A stretch of DNA of 64,000 nucleotides from a virus. Lineage: Duplodnaviria; Caudoviricetes. This document shows positions 24,309-34,000 of this stretch, one piece after another; the stretch's first letter is position 1, and every line of letters begins with the position of its first letter. The position numbers were made by a program, and so were the translations under genes. The notes beneath the pieces are model-generated. The model did no database searches. It saw only the letters and a list, made by a program, of their open reading frames with translations, and was not told the origin of the DNA. Where the stretch lies: positions 1-64,000 of IMG/VR virus record IMGVR_UViG_3300021255_000122; one strand, 5' to 3'.

Positions 24309-25061
24309 ATGAAAGAAATTTGGAAAGACGTTGTAGGCTACGAGGGTTTGTATCAAGTATCGAATCTTGGTAGGATAAAATCGTTACCAAAAGAAAAGAA
24401 AACCCCAACCACAACTTTTATGACGAAAGAAACAATCTTAAATCAACACAAAGATAAGGGTGGTTACTTTCGTGTAATGTTGACAAAGAAAGGGAAATCA
24501 ATACTTAAATCAGTGCATGTCATTGTCGCTTCTGCTTTTATTGGTGAAAGGAATAATCTTACCGTAAACCATAAAGACGAAAATAAAGCCAACAATAACG
24601 CAAACAACCTTGAATATCTTACAAGAGCAGAAAACGTGAGGTACGGAACTGGTATTATTCGTAGTGCTAAAAACAGACAAAATAACCCTAACATAGGTAT
24701 TGCTGTAAATCAATTCAACTTAGACGGTACTTTTGTCGCAAGATACAAATCTGCTTTTCTCGCAATGAAACTAAACGGTTGGAAAGGTTGTGGAGGTAAT
24801 ATCTTAGAATGTTGTAGAAAAAAGAAACACACATTTATGGGTTTTGTGTGGCGTTTTGATGGAGATACAAACATTGAATTTGAACGAAAGACTAATGCCA
24901 AGGGTGTTTTGCAATTTACAAAGGATGGTGTACTCATCACAGAATATAAGTCATTGACAGATGCGGAAATGGCTACACATACTCAAAAAGCGCACATTTG
25001 CGATTGTTGTAAGGGAAATAGAAAATACGCAAACGGTTTCTTGTGGAAATATAAGGATTAG
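24309..25061 (+). CDS. free-standing homing endonuclease NUMOD4-HNH-NUMOD1x2
   Basis: EIWKDVVGYEGLYQVSNLGRIKS (NUMOD4), VNHKDENKANNNANNLEY (HNH), two NUMOD1 repeats ending GFVWRF and GFLWKY. Confidence 0.92.
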   Translation: MKEIWKDVVGYEGLYQVSNLGRIKSLPKEKKTPTTTFMTKETILNQHKDKGGYFRVMLTKKGKSILKSVHVIVASAFIGERNNLTVNHKDENKANNNANNLEYLTRAENVRYGTGIIRSAKNRQNNPNIGIAVNQFNLDGTFVARYKSAFLAMKLNGWKGCGGNILECCRKKKHTFMGFVWRFDGDTNIEFERKTNAKGVLQFTKDGVLITEYKSLTDAEMATHTQKAHICDCCKGNRKYANGFLWKYKD

Positions 25062-25066
25062 TAATT

Positions 25067-27199
25067 ATGGATGCAAACGAAATTAGGCATTGGCACAGCG
25101 TTTTCAAACGTGATAATGAATTGTTTGAGATACGCATATTGGGAGATAGAACTTGGAGCGGATATTTTTATGACGTGGAAACTGCAATAAAGGCTCTTGA
25201 ACCGTTTGATAATGCCAATATATATTATTCAATCAATGAGGTTAAATCAGCTTGCGCAAGCAGAGACCAATTTAATTGTTTTAAACAAGTAAAAGGTACG
25301 GCTACAAGTAAACAAGATATAGAACATCGTTGGTGGTTGCCTATTGATGTGGATTGTGAACGACCAAGCGGTGTTAGTTCAACCGAAGAAGAAAAAGCAA
25401 AGGCTCACAAAAAAGCGCAAGATGTTTTTGTATTCTTACGCGAAAATGGTTTTTGTACGCCAGTCGTTTGTGATAGTAGTTCGGGTTATCATATATTATA
25501 CCCTATTGATATGGATAACAATCAAGAAAGCGAAGATTGCATAAAGGCTTTTCTTGAAATACTTGCAAACAACTTTACGGACGAGAGCGTAAAAATCGAC
25601 ACCGTATTGCATGATGCAAATAGAATATTACGATTGTCAGGAACTTATGGACGCAAAGGCCGTTCGACAAAGGAAAGACCTCACCGTATGGCTAAGATAC
25701 TTTCCGTACCAAGCGAAATAAAACGCATGGGTATTGAACAAATCAAGGCTTTTAACGCAAAATACACAATTAAGGTTGAACAACCACAAAGACGGCAATT
25801 TCGTGGATTACAAAACGAGCAATTCAATCTAAGGGATTTTATTGAAAAGTACGGTATTAAAGTCGCAAAGGAAATTCCTATTAGTGGTGGAGGTACAAAG
25901 TTTGTGCTCGAAGAATGCCCGTTCGACCAGCAACATAAAGCCCCAGATTCCGCTTTGTTTGAAATGCCAAATGGTAGTATTGCGTTCAAATGCTTCCACA
26001 ATTCTTGTTCGCAATACGATTGGCGTGCGTTTAGGTTGCATTTCGACCCACACGCTTACGATTATGAAAACGAACCAAGACAACAACACGTACCACAATC
26101 AACGTACCAACAAAAGGGTTACACGCAACAAAAAAAGTACGAGATTAAAGAGGAAATCCCCGAACTTGGAGAAAAATGGCTTTCCATGTCAACTATAAAG
26201 AAAGTGGACTTGTCACAACTTGAACACTTTTCTACGGGTTTTACAGAACTTGATAAGAATATAATTGGTCTTTACATGTCGGAAGTAACCATATTGTCGG
26301 GCAGTAACGCAAGTGGTAAATCATCATGGTTAAACACGCTCTTACTAAATATAATCCAACAGGGAGGAAAGGCTGCTTTGTGGTCTGGTGAATTGCGCCC
26401 CGATATATTGAAGACGTGGATTCAAATGGTAGCCGCAGGAAAATCAAATCTTAGGCTTTCAAACTATGGTGATGGCAAATATTATGTACCAAACGCAATT
26501 GCCGACAAAATAGACGAATGGCTCGACGGAAAGTTTTTCTTGTACAATAACGAATACGGAAACTCATGGCAGCAAATCTTTCACGATATGGAATTGTTGT
26601 TAAAGGCTGGCGTAAAAGTATTTGCTTTGGATAACTTGTTTAGCCTTGATATTGATATTCTTGATGGGGATAAAAACAACAAGCAAAAGGAATTGATATT
26701 GCAAATCAAGGATTTTGCTAAAAAGAACCTTGTACATATAATATTGGTTGCACACCCAAGGAAAGTTACTTCGTTCCTTAGAAAGAATGATATTAGCGGA
26801 ACATCAGACTTACAAAATGCTGTTGATAAGATATTTATAATTCATAGGGTAAATAACGACTTTTTCCGCTCTGGTGCTGAGTTCTTTGGCGAAAGCGAAA
26901 TCAATCATTATCGTGGTTACGGAAACGTTATAGAAGTTTGCAAGGAAAGACTTTACGGCGTTGTTGACTTAATGGTAGGTATGCAATACGAGGTGGAAAG
27001 TCGTAGGTTCAAGAACACGATGGACGAAAACATTCGATATGGATGGGAAATAGAACCCATACAAAGCACGATGTCGTTTAATGGTGGCCAAGTGTACACG
27101 CAACCACAAGAAAACGCGCCACAAGCAAAAGAAACGGCAAATAACGCAAACGATATGATGCCATTTGCACCTTATGTTGGCGACGATACGCCTTTTTAG
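25067..27199 (+). CDS. primase-helicase fusion (N-terminal primase-like domain, Zn-binding segment, SF4/DnaB-Twinkle-type helicase)
   Basis: IDVD and SSSGYHILY primase-like motifs, CPF..H..C..SC, Walker A GSNASGKS, ALDNL, LVAHPRK, ISGTSDL; acidic DDTPF tail. Confidence 0.85.
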   Translation: MDANEIRHWHSVFKRDNELFEIRILGDRTWSGYFYDVETAIKALEPFDNANIYYSINEVKSACASRDQFNCFKQVKGTATSKQDIEHRWWLPIDVDCERPSGVSSTEEEKAKAHKKAQDVFVFLRENGFCTPVVCDSSSGYHILYPIDMDNNQESEDCIKAFLEILANNFTDESVKIDTVLHDANRILRLSGTYGRKGRSTKERPHRMAKILSVPSEIKRMGIEQIKAFNAKYTIKVEQPQRRQFRGLQNEQFNLRDFIEKYGIKVAKEIPISGGGTKFVLEECPFDQQHKAPDSALFEMPNGSIAFKCFHNSCSQYDWRAFRLHFDPHAYDYENEPRQQHVPQSTYQQKGYTQQKKYEIKEEIPELGEKWLSMSTIKKVDLSQLEHFSTGFTELDKNIIGLYMSEVTILSGSNASGKSSWLNTLLLNIIQQGGKAALWSGELRPDILKTWIQMVAAGKSNLRLSNYGDGKYYVPNAIADKIDEWLDGKFFLYNNEYGNSWQQIFHDMELLLKAGVKVFALDNLFSLDIDILDGDKNNKQKELILQIKDFAKKNLVHIILVAHPRKVTSFLRKNDISGTSDLQNAVDKIFIIHRVNNDFFRSGAEFFGESEINHYRGYGNVIEVCKERLYGVVDLMVGMQYEVESRRFKNTMDENIRYGWEIEPIQSTMSFNGGQVYTQPQENAPQAKETANNANDMMPFAPYVGDDTPF

Positions 27200-27218
27200 T
27201 TAAAATTTGTGTTTTATC

Positions 27219-27250
27219 TTTGGAATATTTAAAACAAAACGTTATATTTG
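27219..27250 (+). promoter_or_regulatory. Bacteroidota promoter (-33 TTTG, -7 TATATTTG)
   Basis: 20-nt spacer. Confidence 0.8.
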
Positions 27251-27269
27251 CAACCAAAATTACAATAAA

Positions 27270-27689
27270 ATGGAGAAACCAAAACTTTATGTAAAAAATG
27301 AGAAAGGCCGTTATGTGCCTTATCAAGAACCAGTACAAGAATACGACAACAAATTATATCGTAAAAATGTACGAGGAAAGAAAATCGTCTATGAACCGTG
27401 TTCAATGTGTTTGACTAACGACTTAGGCGAAGGTGTGTGGGTGGTTACTAAGCAATACGGAGGCCGTTGTATTACAAGTGGTAAGTACCTTATGGAAAAT
27501 TTCATGTGCCTAAAAGCAAGCGACATTCAAGAAGTTTCGTTGGCAAAGTTAGGAGGCATGGAACGCCTTGCACATCATTTGTCAACACATTGGAATGAAT
27601 TGCCGCGTTATGTTTCACAATACGAACTTTGCCGTGCAATTGTAGGATTATTGTTTGAATACGAAAAAGAAAAGGAAAATGGGAAATAG
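27270..27689 (+). CDS. hypothetical protein (start MEKPKLY)
   Basis: First ORF after the promoter. Confidence 0.7.
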   Translation: MEKPKLYVKNEKGRYVPYQEPVQEYDNKLYRKNVRGKKIVYEPCSMCLTNDLGEGVWVVTKQYGGRCITSGKYLMENFMCLKASDIQEVSLAKLGGMERLAHHLSTHWNELPRYVSQYELCRAIVGLLFEYEKEKENGK

Positions 27690-27954
27690 CAATGTTGACA
27701 AGTTTAGCGAAATCCTTTTGGAAATGCGCGAAACGTATGAAAAGAAAAATAGCGACTATGGAAATAGCTTTGGCGACACAATACGCGAATTTGGCTACAT
27801 ACCTGCCGTTGCCCGTATAAACGACAAACTAAATCGCGTAAAAAAGATGGTTAAAGGAGATGCGATGAACGTTAATGAAAGTATGCGTGACAACTTGATT
27901 GATATTGCCGTATATAGTATTTTAACCGTAATGGAAATAGATAATCAAAAATAA
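27679..27954 (+). CDS. DUF1599 / nucleotide-modification-associated domain 1 (Nmad1) protein
   Basis: YEKKNSDYGNSF...RINDKLNR...ESMRDNLIDIAVYSIL. Confidence 0.85.
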   Translation: MGNSNVDKFSEILLEMRETYEKKNSDYGNSFGDTIREFGYIPAVARINDKLNRVKKMVKGDAMNVNESMRDNLIDIAVYSILTVMEIDNQK

Positions 27955-27955
27955 A

Positions 27956-28024
27956 GCGTTCTAAGCGCGCAAAAACGAAAGATGATATAGTTTACCGCAT
28001 TTTGCGTTACGTGCGCTTAGAACG
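27956..28024. repeat. dispersed palindrome, copy 6
   Basis: Perfect 12-bp arms cgttctaagcgc / gcgcttagaacg, 2 nt after a stop codon. Confidence 0.85.
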
Positions 28025-28052
28025 AATAAAACGTGGCTTAAAACGAAAGATT

Positions 28053-28454
28053 ATGGCATCATTTCAATTGACAGGATTTGTAAACACGATAAAATATCTA
28101 CCCGACGCGTTGTTGGTTTATGTAGATGAATACAAACGCGGCTACAAGAAACAAGACGGTACGATAGTTAGCGAAAAATATATGACGTGGAAGTGTATTT
28201 TTAAGCCATACTTTAAAAAATACGTTTCCGAACATTTCGGCGACGGAATGCTTGTCGAAATAAAAGGCGAGATAATGCCTTATGCCATCGAAAAGGAAAA
28301 GTTGATAGACGGATATAGCGTTATAGGCCAAACTATCAATATCGCATCATACCCGAAATCTACCGTGAAACGCGAAATAAGGATGATTAAAGATAGTCAA
28401 ACAACCGCAAATGAAACACCCGATTTAGAGGGCTATATTGAACCAGATTTTTAG
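28053..28454 (+). CDS. putative OB-fold SSB-like protein
   Basis: FQLTGFV...WKCIF...GMLVEIKGEI beta pattern; acidic EPDF tail. Confidence 0.6.
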   Translation: MASFQLTGFVNTIKYLPDALLVYVDEYKRGYKKQDGTIVSEKYMTWKCIFKPYFKKYVSEHFGDGMLVEIKGEIMPYAIEKEKLIDGYSVIGQTINIASYPKSTVKREIRMIKDSQTTANETPDLEGYIEPDF

Positions 28455-28477
28455 TTAACAATAAAAACAATTAAATT

Positions 28478-28948
28478 ATGAGCAACAAAAAAGAACTTAA
28501 ACAACAAGTACGTTCCGACGTGACGATGCTTGAAGAATTAACAAGATTAAAAAAGGATATTGAAACCTATAAGCAAGTGGGTGAACAAATGGGTGTTGAA
28601 ATCCTTTCACTTAAACGTCAAAACGCTGGCTTAAAGGGGTTGAACAAGCAATTGCAAAAGCGTGTAGAACATTACAAGAAACTTGACCTTGAAGGTGATG
28701 AATTAAATGAGGAAAAGATAGCCAAAATCGAAACTCTCACCAATGAATTAAAAGCCAAAAACAAAGAACTTGAACAATCAAAGTTAGCTTATTCTAACGT
28801 AAGCGCACAAGCTATAGGCCGACGCGAAACGATTGACAAGTTGAACAAAAAGATTTGCGGTTTAGAAAAAGAAATCTTGGAATTACGTTCAACTATTGAT
28901 AGTTACAATGCAATGCCTTGGTACAAAAGGATTTATAAAAACATGTAA
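28478..28948 (+). CDS. coiled-coil protein
   Basis: Heptad pattern over most of its length. Confidence 0.7.
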   Translation: MSNKKELKQQVRSDVTMLEELTRLKKDIETYKQVGEQMGVEILSLKRQNAGLKGLNKQLQKRVEHYKKLDLEGDELNEEKIAKIETLTNELKAKNKELEQSKLAYSNVSAQAIGRRETIDKLNKKICGLEKEILELRSTIDSYNAMPWYKRIYKNM

Positions 28949-28977
28949 CTATTTCTTGCCATATTTATATACAAATG

Positions 28978-29009
28978 AAATGCCACTATCTTTTTTGACG
29001 GTGGCATTT
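28978..29009. terminator. hairpin between convergent operons, probable terminator
   Basis: aaatgccac/gtggcattt stem. Confidence 0.65.
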
Positions 29010-29034
29010 CGCTTTAAACAACAACAAATATATA

Positions 29035-29514
29035 TTACGTTTGTGGGGCGTTAAGACAATGCATCGTGATAGTCCCCATAATCCAAGATTTATCTCCTCT
29101 TTTCATCTTTTGTGTCGTTGGCTTGTATTCTTTCAAGCACACACAATGTACGTATTTGTTATTAACATAAGAAGATTGAATCCATACGTCTGAATCGGTC
29201 ATGTACGATATGAAATTATCGTGTACCGATTGTACATCGAAACTTACGCTTGGATTTGTCGCGTATTTTTTTCTTATGATGAAAGTAATTTCTATATCCG
29301 TGTTTTCGCGAATAACAACGGGATTATTTGTTGTTTCGCTAATTGTCGTTATAAGAAAATCTTCTTCTTGCGAATCAATCCATTGCGCCGTATAGATATT
29401 AACAGGTTTCCCTTTTGCAAGAAATCCGTCCATTTTCAATATCCTTAGACCATTGAACATTGTTTCAACGTTCGCAAATTCACCGTTGCTTGTGTTCTTT
29501 ACTTGATATGTCAT
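29035..29514 (-). CDS. putative tail/baseplate (distal tail-like) protein
   Basis: Downstream of tape measure; beta-rich. Confidence 0.5.
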   Translation of the reverse strand: MTYQVKNTSNGEFANVETMFNGLRILKMDGFLAKGKPVNIYTAQWIDSQEEDFLITTISETTNNPVVIRENTDIEITFIIRKKYATNPSVSFDVQSVHDNFISYMTDSDVWIQSSYVNNKYVHCVCLKEYKPTTQKMKRGDKSWIMGTITMHCLNAPQT

Positions 29515-30089
29515 AATCTTAATTCCTTTCTAAACGTTTTAATTTGTCCCAAACAATATTTACCGTATTCAACATTTGAATTTTCGGAATATTTGTATAT
29601 CGTGACGTTGCAAGTGTCGTCGCAATCCCTAATATTTACCGAAGATGTATCAAAAAGATAAATCCTAATACTTGAATACCCATCACATGTAAGGTTTATT
29701 TTACTACCATTGCTTATGTAAAGCGTAGGACAGGAAACTTTTGGCACTAAAACGTTAATATTACACCAAAGTAATTGTGTAACGTCCGTTGTAATTACCA
29801 AATCAGTTTGCGTGTCAATATACATTGCATAGGTAAATCCGTTTACACCATCACAATCGTTAAAAACGTGTCCATTGATATATTCTCCAAATTCTTTTTT
29901 GCAATACTCTTTCGACAACCCTTTGCCTCGATAACAAAAGTCCGCAAAATAAGGTGCTGCTTGTTGGTTTAGAACTAACCTTACCAACTTCTCTTTATCA
30001 TCGTGGCAAGCCGCCCACTTACCATCCCATTCTTTACATAGATTAGCAAGTTTGGCGTTTTTTCTAAATTCTAACATTTCGTTTTTCAT
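29511..30089 (-). CDS. hypothetical virion-module protein with C-terminal beta-repeat-like region
   Basis: Position in tail operon; repeated I/V-x-I/L-Y-x-x pattern. Confidence 0.6.
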   Translation of the reverse strand: MKNEMLEFRKNAKLANLCKEWDGKWAACHDDKEKLVRLVLNQQAAPYFADFCYRGKGLSKEYCKKEFGEYINGHVFNDCDGVNGFTYAMYIDTQTDLVITTDVTQLLWCNINVLVPKVSCPTLYISNGSKINLTCDGYSSIRIYLFDTSSVNIRDCDDTCNVTIYKYSENSNVEYGKYCLGQIKTFRKELRL

Positions 30090-30092
30090 ATA

Positions 30093-30905
30093 CTAATCAG
30101 TTATTTCTACCTTGTAATTCATTAAAGCATTATAAACTTTTTCGTTTATCTTTCCATCTTTGTAATATTGTGTTGCCATTTCTTGAATATGGGCTTCTTT
30201 CGTCTTTTTGTATGCTTGAAATGCTTTTTCTTGTGTATCAAACGTGCCAAGATTTATATATTCACCATACTTTCTAACAATAGCACTAAACGATTTGCGT
30301 TTATTTCTTTTTACTACACCTATCGGAAAATTACCCCTTGTTGCATCATGTTTTGTTATAAGCGTATTTATTTCAGATGGCACAAAACAACAAGTTTTAG
30401 GGGAATATACTTTATTGCCTTTTATAAGAATGTCCTTATCAAGATGATACCCTTCTACGTAATTCTCGTCAAACCATCTTTCGAAATTAGAAAAATACCG
30501 CCAACTATCACAAACAGTACAATTTTCGTAAGGTGTTCCTATGTTCTTTGACGAATAACATCTTTGAAACATGGCTTTCCATATTACATAAGATTTATGT
30601 CTTTCCCCTTTAACCGATGTGGAAAAATCCGAATCATTTATACCAATGCCATATATTTTTTTTCGTGACCATTTTCTTGGAATACCGCCGTTATTACGTG
30701 AAGCATACGAACAACTTTTGCATCCACAATACAATAAATGGTCGTGTGGGGTTTGTAAAAAAACACCATGTTTCTTGCATATAATAGGAACTTTTGTAGT
30801 GGTGTTAACGTAAATTTCTTCTGTAATAAGGTTATAATCAAACCTGTTACCCCACACATTTTTAAATGCAGTTTTAATTTCTGCTAAAGTTTTCTTTCTT
30901 GGCAT
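30093..30905 (-). CDS. free-standing HNH-AP2 homing endonuclease inserted in the tail operon (start MPRKK; alternative start 30935)
   Basis: IICKKHG..CKSC, WKAMFQRCY, HLDKDILIKGNKVYSPKTCCFVP..IN, NLGTFDTQEKAFQAY (AP2). Confidence 0.88.
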   Translation of the reverse strand: MPRKKTLAEIKTAFKNVWGNRFDYNLITEEIYVNTTTKVPIICKKHGVFLQTPHDHLLYCGCKSCSYASRNNGGIPRKWSRKKIYGIGINDSDFSTSVKGERHKSYVIWKAMFQRCYSSKNIGTPYENCTVCDSWRYFSNFERWFDENYVEGYHLDKDILIKGNKVYSPKTCCFVPSEINTLITKHDATRGNFPIGVVKRNKRKSFSAIVRKYGEYINLGTFDTQEKAFQAYKKTKEAHIQEMATQYYKDGKINEKVYNALMNYKVEITD

Positions 30906-30926
30906 ATTATCTACACTTTTAATATT

Positions 30927-31000
30927 ATCTACCATTGGAATTATGGAAGGGGCGGTAGATTTGCCCCTTATCGGATGGTGGCCAAACCATCCTATCCATA
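30927..31000 (-). ncRNA. three-way-junction/pseudoknot RNA motif, copy 2 (5' of HNH-AP2 gene)
   Basis: Same junctions (AUA, GAU) and loop (UUGGCC) as copy 1, with covarying stems. Confidence 0.75.
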
Positions 31001-31003
31001 CTA

Positions 31004-31035
31004 CAAAGATAAACATTATTCTAAACATATCCAAA
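31004..31035 (-). promoter_or_regulatory. Bacteroidota promoter (-33 TTTG, -7 TATCTTTG)
   Basis: caaagata at 31004-31011 and caaa at 31032-31035, 20-nt spacer. Confidence 0.8.
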
Positions 31036-31049
31036 TATTTTTAAGTTCT

Positions 31050-34000
31050 TTAAGATAAAAGTTCAACAGCGAAAGCACGACCACTTGGTACAAGAACCCC
31101 TTCAAGTATATGTTGTATGGCTTGTTGAGTTTGGTACGATGATTGTAGCTGCAAAAGGATTTGGCTTACGGTAGCCGTTTGAACGTCTAAGTCAAAACCT
31201 ACAACCGCATCGCGGATTTGCGTAAGTAAGTCACTATGCAAATAAACTTGTTGGCTTACGCTATTCATGTATGCTTCAAGTGCGCCTGCGGTTTCTTCCG
31301 TAACACTTTGAATACCTTGTTGTAATCCGCTAAGATTCTTACTTGGGTCTGCTTTGTCGCCAAACGAATAGTATTGACTTATTAATTCTTTAAGCCTCTC
31401 CGCAAGTTCTGGGGTTGTTTGCCCTAATTGTTCCATCACCCAACTAATGTCAGAATCGTTAATTGCGGAAACCGAATCAAGTGCTTGTTTTGTCGATTTT
31501 TCGGCATCGGCAGCGGCTTTGCGATATTCATCAGCAATCCTCTTGAACTTTGATGCATTTGATTGTTGCAACATAAACGCATCGTATGAACTGTAACCGC
31601 CAAATGTTGTAAGAATCTCCATGTCATTCATGTTTTTTATATCGCTATTTCTTAATTGCGCTTCGGCGTATGCTTCCGCTTCTTTTTCCGAACGCGATGT
31701 GATTCTTTTATCTATGCTCTCCCAAAGGTTATCCATATATTGTGTCATAACACGCGAAACAATTGATTTCATTATCATGTTATCAATCATTTCTTCGAAT
31801 TTACCTTCAAACACTTCCATGTAGTCCTCACCTTCACGGAAAGCATCTATCATGGATTCAACCAAGTTTTCTGCAAAATCACCAACGCTTGAAACACCCA
31901 TTAGGTCGTTAACAATTTCGTTGGTCATATCCATAATCTCGTATTGCAATTCCTTGATATTCTTTTGTAAATCAAGAATCTTGTCATCGTCACGGTCTTT
32001 GGAGTCACGCGACTTTTCAAGAATCAATTGCCTACGTAGTTCTTCAAGTTGCAATTCCTTGTTGGCTTGTGCGGCTTTCTTAGCACCTACAACACTTGTT
32101 CCGTATGCGTTATCTATTGCGTGTTGCAAATCAACATAGGCGATTTCAAGCCGTTTAACGGCGCGTTCGGATGCTTCCACTTGTTCGGTTATCTTTTTGT
32201 TATTGTTGCCCGACAAGAAAGAAACAAGGCCGATAATAACGCTTAACGCGGCGGCTATAGCCAACAAATAAGGTGATGTTGATTGTAAAACAATCATTGC
32301 AGCCACGACACCCATGATAACGGTAGTCATAACGGAAAAACCTTCGGATATTGCATTGATAGCCTCTGCCGTATCATCATCGCCTGCGGCCTCGAATAGT
32401 TTTGCCACCGACGTAAATAATCCTTGCACGTTTTCAAGTTGCCCAGAAAGACCTTGTAGGCCGTTTTGTAGTTTCTTGTAAGCCTTTTGTTGCTTGTTTT
32501 CTGCTTGAACAACCTTTATTTCTGCATTTGATTGTCTTTGAATAGCAAGCGCAAGACGTTCTCTTGCTTTTGCTTGCATTTCGGGATTTGCATCTTCCGA
32601 CTCGTCCAATTCGCGTTGAGCGGCTTCTACTTCTTTTGTTGCGTCGGCAAGTTCTTGTTGCGCCAATTTTGCTTCAGCGCTTGCTTGTCGCATTTCCCTA
32701 ATGGATGATGTTATGGCAAGATACGGGTCACGGCTTTCAAGTTCGGATTGTGCTTGTTTTAGGCTTTGCATCAATGCTTTCATTGACGCTGGGTCTTCTT
32801 TGACTTGATTCTTTAAAGTTTCAAGTTTATCAATAATAAGTTGAATGGCGTGTGTGGAATTGTTTGACATATCCTCAAACGTCATTGTGTACAAATCCGA
32901 ATCTTTGAAATCACCCCACGTTGCGCTTGCTATTTTACTATCTTGCATCTTAAATGCTGCATTTGCAACATTCGCGGCTACCTTGTTGCTTGATGTTACC
33001 TTAGATAAAACATCTGCAAGTTCTGCTTGTAAACGTGCAATTTCTTGTGGGTTGCTTGAAACCTTTATCCGCGATACAATGTCTAACGCTTGCGATTGTT
33101 GCGAATCGTTACCAAATTGACGAATGATAGAAAGTTGTTCTTGAACGGTTTCTTTGTATATCTTAATGATTTTTGATTGTAAGTCACCGTACTTTTCTAC
33201 CAAATCCGACCAATTCTTTGTAGCGGACTTTGCTTCGTCAAGCCTTATCTTGTTGGCATATTCGCGTATCGAGTTGAGTGATTTTACAAAAGCACTATCC
33301 AAAGTTTGTCCTTGTTCTTTAGCCCATTTTTCGAAATCGTTTTTGTCAAGCATTGCGGCAAGGTCGAAACTTTGTTGGATATTGTTTTCGGCAAACAATT
33401 TGTCAACACTTGCTTGCATCTTCGTGACAACTTGGTTAAACGTTCTTGGTAAGTCACGTAGTTCGCTTTCATCAATACCCATCATGTCTGCAAAAACGTC
33501 GCCAAGTTCGGGGTTGGCATCAAGTTCTATGCCGAGTTCGTATTCTTCTTTAAGTTTACCAAGTTCATTGTTAAGGCCATCGGTTAACTTTTTGTAATCC
33601 GCTTTTGTAATTTCGACATTAATGTTTGCGATAGCTTTTTCAAGCGATTCTATTCCTTTTGCGTTGTTTGCACCCTTTGCAACATCAAGTAAGGACTTGT
33701 AATAATCTCGAACTTCTCGCAAGTCCATATTGGCAAGTTCTTGTGCGCCCTTTGTTTGAACGCCGTACTTGCTTAATGTAGCGTTAACACGCATAAGTGT
33801 GTTGTTGTATTCTTCGGCTGCTTTTGTAATCGCTTCTTGTGCAGAAACACCCATCTTGCGATATTCGTTATATCGCTTTTGAATGTTGTTGATTAATTCT
33901 ATTTCATCTTTAAGCGATTCGGCAAACGGGTCTTTCTTAGCACCACCAGAGGATTTCGTCTTTTTATCATGTTTGTTTCTTTCTTCAAGGGCATCCCGTT

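Noticed and set aside
30936-31034. N-terminal extension of ORF 30093-31034
   Set aside because: It runs through the promoter and RNA motif, so it cannot be on that transcript.
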